Below are positions 61,017-64,000 of a stretch of 64,000 bases of DNA, one piece after another; within the stretch, counting starts at the first letter, position 1, and each line of letters opens with the position of its first letter. This DNA comes from a virus. Taxonomy: Duplodnaviria; Caudoviricetes. The position numbers were made by a program, and so were the translations under genes. The notes under the pieces are model-generated. The model was not told where the DNA came from and ran no database searches. It saw nothing but the letters and a program-made list of their open reading frames with translations. Location: the IMG/VR virus record IMGVR_UViG_3300006846_000010, positions 1 through 64,000 of that record, one strand, 5' to 3'.

Positions 61017-61979
61017 TTACGTGTGACTAAGAACGTTTCCGGCGACCTTGTTGATGACGGCGTGCGTCGGTCCCTGGAGGGCGTTGAGGAACCGAGACTC
61101 CGGGGTACCGCCGGTACGACACCAGTCGTAGTACTCGGAGGTGGCGTTTACCAGTCCCCACCCGGTCCAGTCGAAGCCAACCTGCTCTGAGGTGTGCCAG
61201 AGTTGCATGATGCGGTCGACCTGGTCGCCGCGACGGGGCCGGTTGGGTAGGGTGTCGGTCAAGATGCCGCGTGCCTGATCGTCGGTGATTTTTGTCTTGA
61301 TGAGACGCCTGACGACCAGCGGGTAAGCCTGGCCGTACTTCAGCAGGTTGGTCAGCGACTTCTGCGCCTCGGCCAGCTTCGTGTGCATGTTGGTGGTGTG
61401 CGTAACCGCCCAGCGGTGCTCCACACCCGCGGAGAAGCTGCGCAGCGTCAGCTGATTCATGCACCGACCTCGCAGCGGCATCACCATGGCCTCAACCGCA
61501 CGTGAACCGTCGTGGCTGGTACGTAGCACGAGGAACATCTCGTGCGGGTCGACGTCCGCGAGTACGGTGTGTTCGGGGAGCTGGGCGACCACGAAGCCCT
61601 GTCGACCGCCCTTGAGGGCGCCGGCCGCGACGTAGATCGGGTTGACGTGATCGAGGAAGTCGAAGGCCTCGGCGTACTGCAGCAGCGGGTAGTTCTTGGA
61701 CATGATACCGAGCCACTTACCGGTGTCCGCCCGAACGATCGCGAACCGCTCGGAGACACGGTGTGACGGCTGCGACGTCGCCGTGTCATCGCTGTCGCCG
61801 TACCACAGCGGTCGCTTCTCGACGGTGAAGTTGAGACCGCCCAGTTCGGCGGCTTTCGCGGCGGAGCCGGTCGGTTCGCCGAGCTTGCCGAGCTTCAGCC
61901 ACGGCACCTCGCGGGTGCTGAACTGCGTGTTGGTCTGTGGCGCGGCGGTGGTCGTCGGCGCCTCGATTACCTGGGTCAT
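61017..61979 (-). CDS. DUF932 (phage/plasmid-like) domain protein
   Basis: PW..LG, GLNF.V.K, VR.D..LG...Y...Q..EAF.F, GAL.GG, TSHDGS, R..C.N.L, HT, WG..NA..EY.DW. Confidence 0.8.
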   Translation of the reverse strand: MTQVIEAPTTTAAPQTNTQFSTREVPWLKLGKLGEPTGSAAKAAELGGLNFTVEKRPLWYGDSDDTATSQPSHRVSERFAIVRADTGKWLGIMSKNYPLLQYAEAFDFLDHVNPIYVAAGALKGGRQGFVVAQLPEHTVLADVDPHEMFLVLRTSHDGSRAVEAMVMPLRGRCMNQLTLRSFSAGVEHRWAVTHTTNMHTKLAEAQKSLTNLLKYGQAYPLVVRRLIKTKITDDQARGILTDTLPNRPRRGDQVDRIMQLWHTSEQVGFDWTGWGLVNATSEYYDWCRTGGTPESRFLNALQGPTHAVINKVAGNVLSHT

Positions 61980-61982
61980 CTC

Positions 61983-62420
61983 TCATCCTCTCATCTGAGT
62001 GTTACGTCTTGCATCTGACTGTCCTCTTTGGTAGCCGAGGTCCCACATCACGTTGAGTAGGTGAACGTCGGTCTCTTCAAGATCCTGGAGACAGCACTCA
62101 CACATGTGTGTTTGTCTTCGTGTGCCTAATCTCACCGCGCATTTCCGGTCGCCGTACTTACAGCCGTGTAAGGCGCAACAGTGTTCGGTGTGGACGTCTC
62201 CGTCATCGGTCAGATGACCGATCGACTCTCTCATTATGACATCTTCACCGGTATGCCACCCAACCGGTCGATCATTGGCACCTTTCGTTGGCCCGTGATG
62301 ATGATTTCCGGTGAAGTGATGGTGATCGGACGCGTGAACTTGGTGAAGATCTGCACTTGCACGTGGAATGTGTACTCGTGGGTGTAGATCTCGTAGGTGC
62401 TGACGAAGGGTATTCACCAC
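61983..62420 (-). CDS. His/Cys-rich hypothetical protein
   Basis: HCCALHGCKYG...CECC; coupled within the reverse operon. Confidence 0.6.
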   Translation of the reverse strand: MVNTLRQHLRDLHPRVHIPRASADLHQVHASDHHHFTGNHHHGPTKGANDRPVGWHTGEDVIMRESIGHLTDDGDVHTEHCCALHGCKYGDRKCAVRLGTRRQTHMCECCLQDLEETDVHLLNVMWDLGYQRGQSDARRNTQMRG

Positions 62421-63043
62421 TTCCAGCCCCAGATCTTGGCGCAGTCGTGACCGACCTTGGCGGCGCGCGACCGCGGGTTGGACAGCGGCGCGTCGCAGCG
62501 GGCGCAGGTCTGGAAGTGCGTGGCATACAGCTTCGCCGAGGCCACCCAGTCACCCGAGATGGCACGCGCGGCGGCCGCTTGCAGGTTGATCGATAGCTTG
62601 TCGCGGTTCCACGTTCCGGGGTAGCCGAGCAGCCGGTTCACCCAGCGGGTGGGCGGCTTGCCGTTCTGATCGGGACGCTCGATGATCTCGAAGAAGTCGA
62701 GCACGTCGTCAACCTTGCGCGGCAGCGCGTAGTGGCCGACCTGCAAGGTCCTCAGCAGCGTCTGCAGCTCGATGAACCCGGTGGTGGCGGACTTCAGCGT
62801 CTGGGTAGGCTTCAGCATCTGTGTGGGCTTCGCGACCGCGAACAGCGCCTTGATCGCGGCTTTGGCCTCGAACAGCGACACAAACTTGGGGTCCGGGTTG
62901 CCCACGTTGCCCAGGATGTCGAAGACCGTCTCGTACGGCTGACCATTAAGCTGGTCCTGCCAGGCGGGTCGCTCGGCGGCCAGGTTGCGGATCAGCTCCA
63001 GTTGGGGACCGGTAGCGTGTCGTGTGTCCGTGGTGATCATCAT
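62414..63043 (-). CDS. DUF6011 domain protein
   Basis: C-terminal CARCDAPLSNPRSRAAKVGHDCA; GAGGAGG RBS. Confidence 0.7.
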   Translation of the reverse strand: MMITTDTRHATGPQLELIRNLAAERPAWQDQLNGQPYETVFDILGNVGNPDPKFVSLFEAKAAIKALFAVAKPTQMLKPTQTLKSATTGFIELQTLLRTLQVGHYALPRKVDDVLDFFEIIERPDQNGKPPTRWVNRLLGYPGTWNRDKLSINLQAAAARAISGDWVASAKLYATHFQTCARCDAPLSNPRSRAAKVGHDCAKIWGWKW

Positions 63044-63085
63044 TTCGTCGCCTCCTCGGGAGGGTGGTGCGTCGCCGTCCGTTTA

Positions 63086-63114
63086 ATCATATCACAATTG
63101 TGACACTGTGTAAA
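63086..63114 (-). promoter_or_regulatory. SigA promoter with palindromic operator-like site in the spacer
   Basis: TTTACA-17-TATGAT on minus strand; TCACAATTGTGA 63092-63103. Confidence 0.7.
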
Positions 63115-63157
63115 CAGGCAAACACACACCTAACCGTGAGGTTTTTGACCGGTCTAG

Positions 63158-63505
63158 CTACGTGCGCCGGACGCCGTCCTCGCCGACGGGTGCCACGACG
63201 CGGTCGCGGGTCCAGATAGCGACGACCGCCAGCGCGATTCCCATGATTACCGCTTGCCGGTCCGGCGGCAAACCCCAGCCCCACGCGACGGATACGGCCA
63301 AGCTAGCCTCCAGTAGGCCTAGGATCGCCGGTACGACGCGCTCCCTGAGGATCGTTAGCGCGACCAGCAGGCCGATCACCGCGGCGCTAATCGCGTTTAC
63401 CCAGCCCTGTTGGTCAACGGTGAAACCCATGATGAACGTAGACACGAGCAGCACGACGGCGCGTGCCAGCGCACCCCACAGTGCGGGCTCCCGACCAAAC
63501 AACAT
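63158..63505 (-). CDS. holin-like multi-TM protein
   Basis: MLFGREPALW...R.RV.P actinophage holin pattern; GGAGGAGG RBS. Confidence 0.7.
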   Translation of the reverse strand: MLFGREPALWGALARAVVLLVSTFIMGFTVDQQGWVNAISAAVIGLLVALTILRERVVPAILGLLEASLAVSVAWGWGLPPDRQAVIMGIALAVVAIWTRDRVVAPVGEDGVRRT

Positions 63506-63539
63506 TGTGATTCCTCCTCCACTGGGTGGTACGTGTTTT

Positions 63540-63866
63540 CTACGTGATACGCTTGGTGACGGGATCATCGCGGTGCTCGTGAAAGATTTTCTCGATCAAC
63601 CAGACGCGGCCCCAGATGACATACGTAAGGACGCCGAGCAGCGTCGTGACCAGCAGCTCGCGTCCTGGGTAGTCGCCGAGGAACGCATGTGCGACGTCGA
63701 GCAGCATAATGAGTGCTAGTGACATCATCAACACCATGACGTTGCGGCCGATCGCCGTACGACGCCACGCACCGCGGCTCCTCATCCAGTAGAGCACGAT
63801 GAACACGAGTGTGCCGGCCGCGCCGACGCACAGTTCGATAAGTGTGATGATGTGGACCCACGTCAC
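63540..63866 (-). CDS. three-TM membrane protein (second putative holin)
   Basis: F...Y...WRRTAIGRNVM pattern; GGAGG RBS. Confidence 0.6.
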   Translation of the reverse strand: MTWVHIITLIELCVGAAGTLVFIVLYWMRSRGAWRRTAIGRNVMVLMMSLALIMLLDVAHAFLGDYPGRELLVTTLLGVLTYVIWGRVWLIEKIFHEHRDDPVTKRIT

Positions 63867-64000
63867 GGTGAACCTCCTACGGCCTGTCCTGGAACAACCT
63901 GTGCATCTCCTCACCAAAGTGGTTTCTGCCGCTCTCTCCGATCAGGTATGAGGTAGTGCGGTGTACACGATCCCATCGCTCGTGCGTCTCCTGGAGATGC

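Overview
This window is part of a high-GC tailed phage genome, most likely a siphovirus of an actinobacterial host (inferred from WhiB, leaderless TANNNT promoters and actinophage-type portal, capsid and holin genes). No host housekeeping genes, integrase or replication genes are visible. Layout: (1) 0-12.4 kb is an accessory region of many tiny membrane proteins, four MmpS-like paralogs, an M23 peptidase, an NDP-sugar 4,6-dehydratase, a GH26-like hydrolase and a tRNA-like RNA with a large D-loop insertion. (2) The large terminase is at 12.5-14.0 kb. (3) A ~10 kb accessory island is driven by palindromic promoters and carries an ADP-ribosylglycohydrolase and a nucleotidyltransferase. (4) The portal is followed by three very large polyvalent proteins (two R-S-E ADP-ribosyltransferases, a zincin peptidase, a DUF3626-like domain, a 2H phosphoesterase), then protease, capsid, tail, a frameshifted tail chaperone and tape measure. 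(5) A cluster of six glycosyltransferases and two methyltransferases follows the tail genes. (6) A reverse-strand block holds WhiB, DUF932, DUF6011 and holin-like genes. The best candidate for a new system is the head-module effector cassette. Its three proteins share an L(V/T)AA putative maturation site, a (W/F)xxSxxPRxxxG(K/M)(W/F) tag and an unrecognised repeated beta-domain, and the phage also encodes an ADP-ribose eraser. All family calls come from motifs read by eye, not from database searches.
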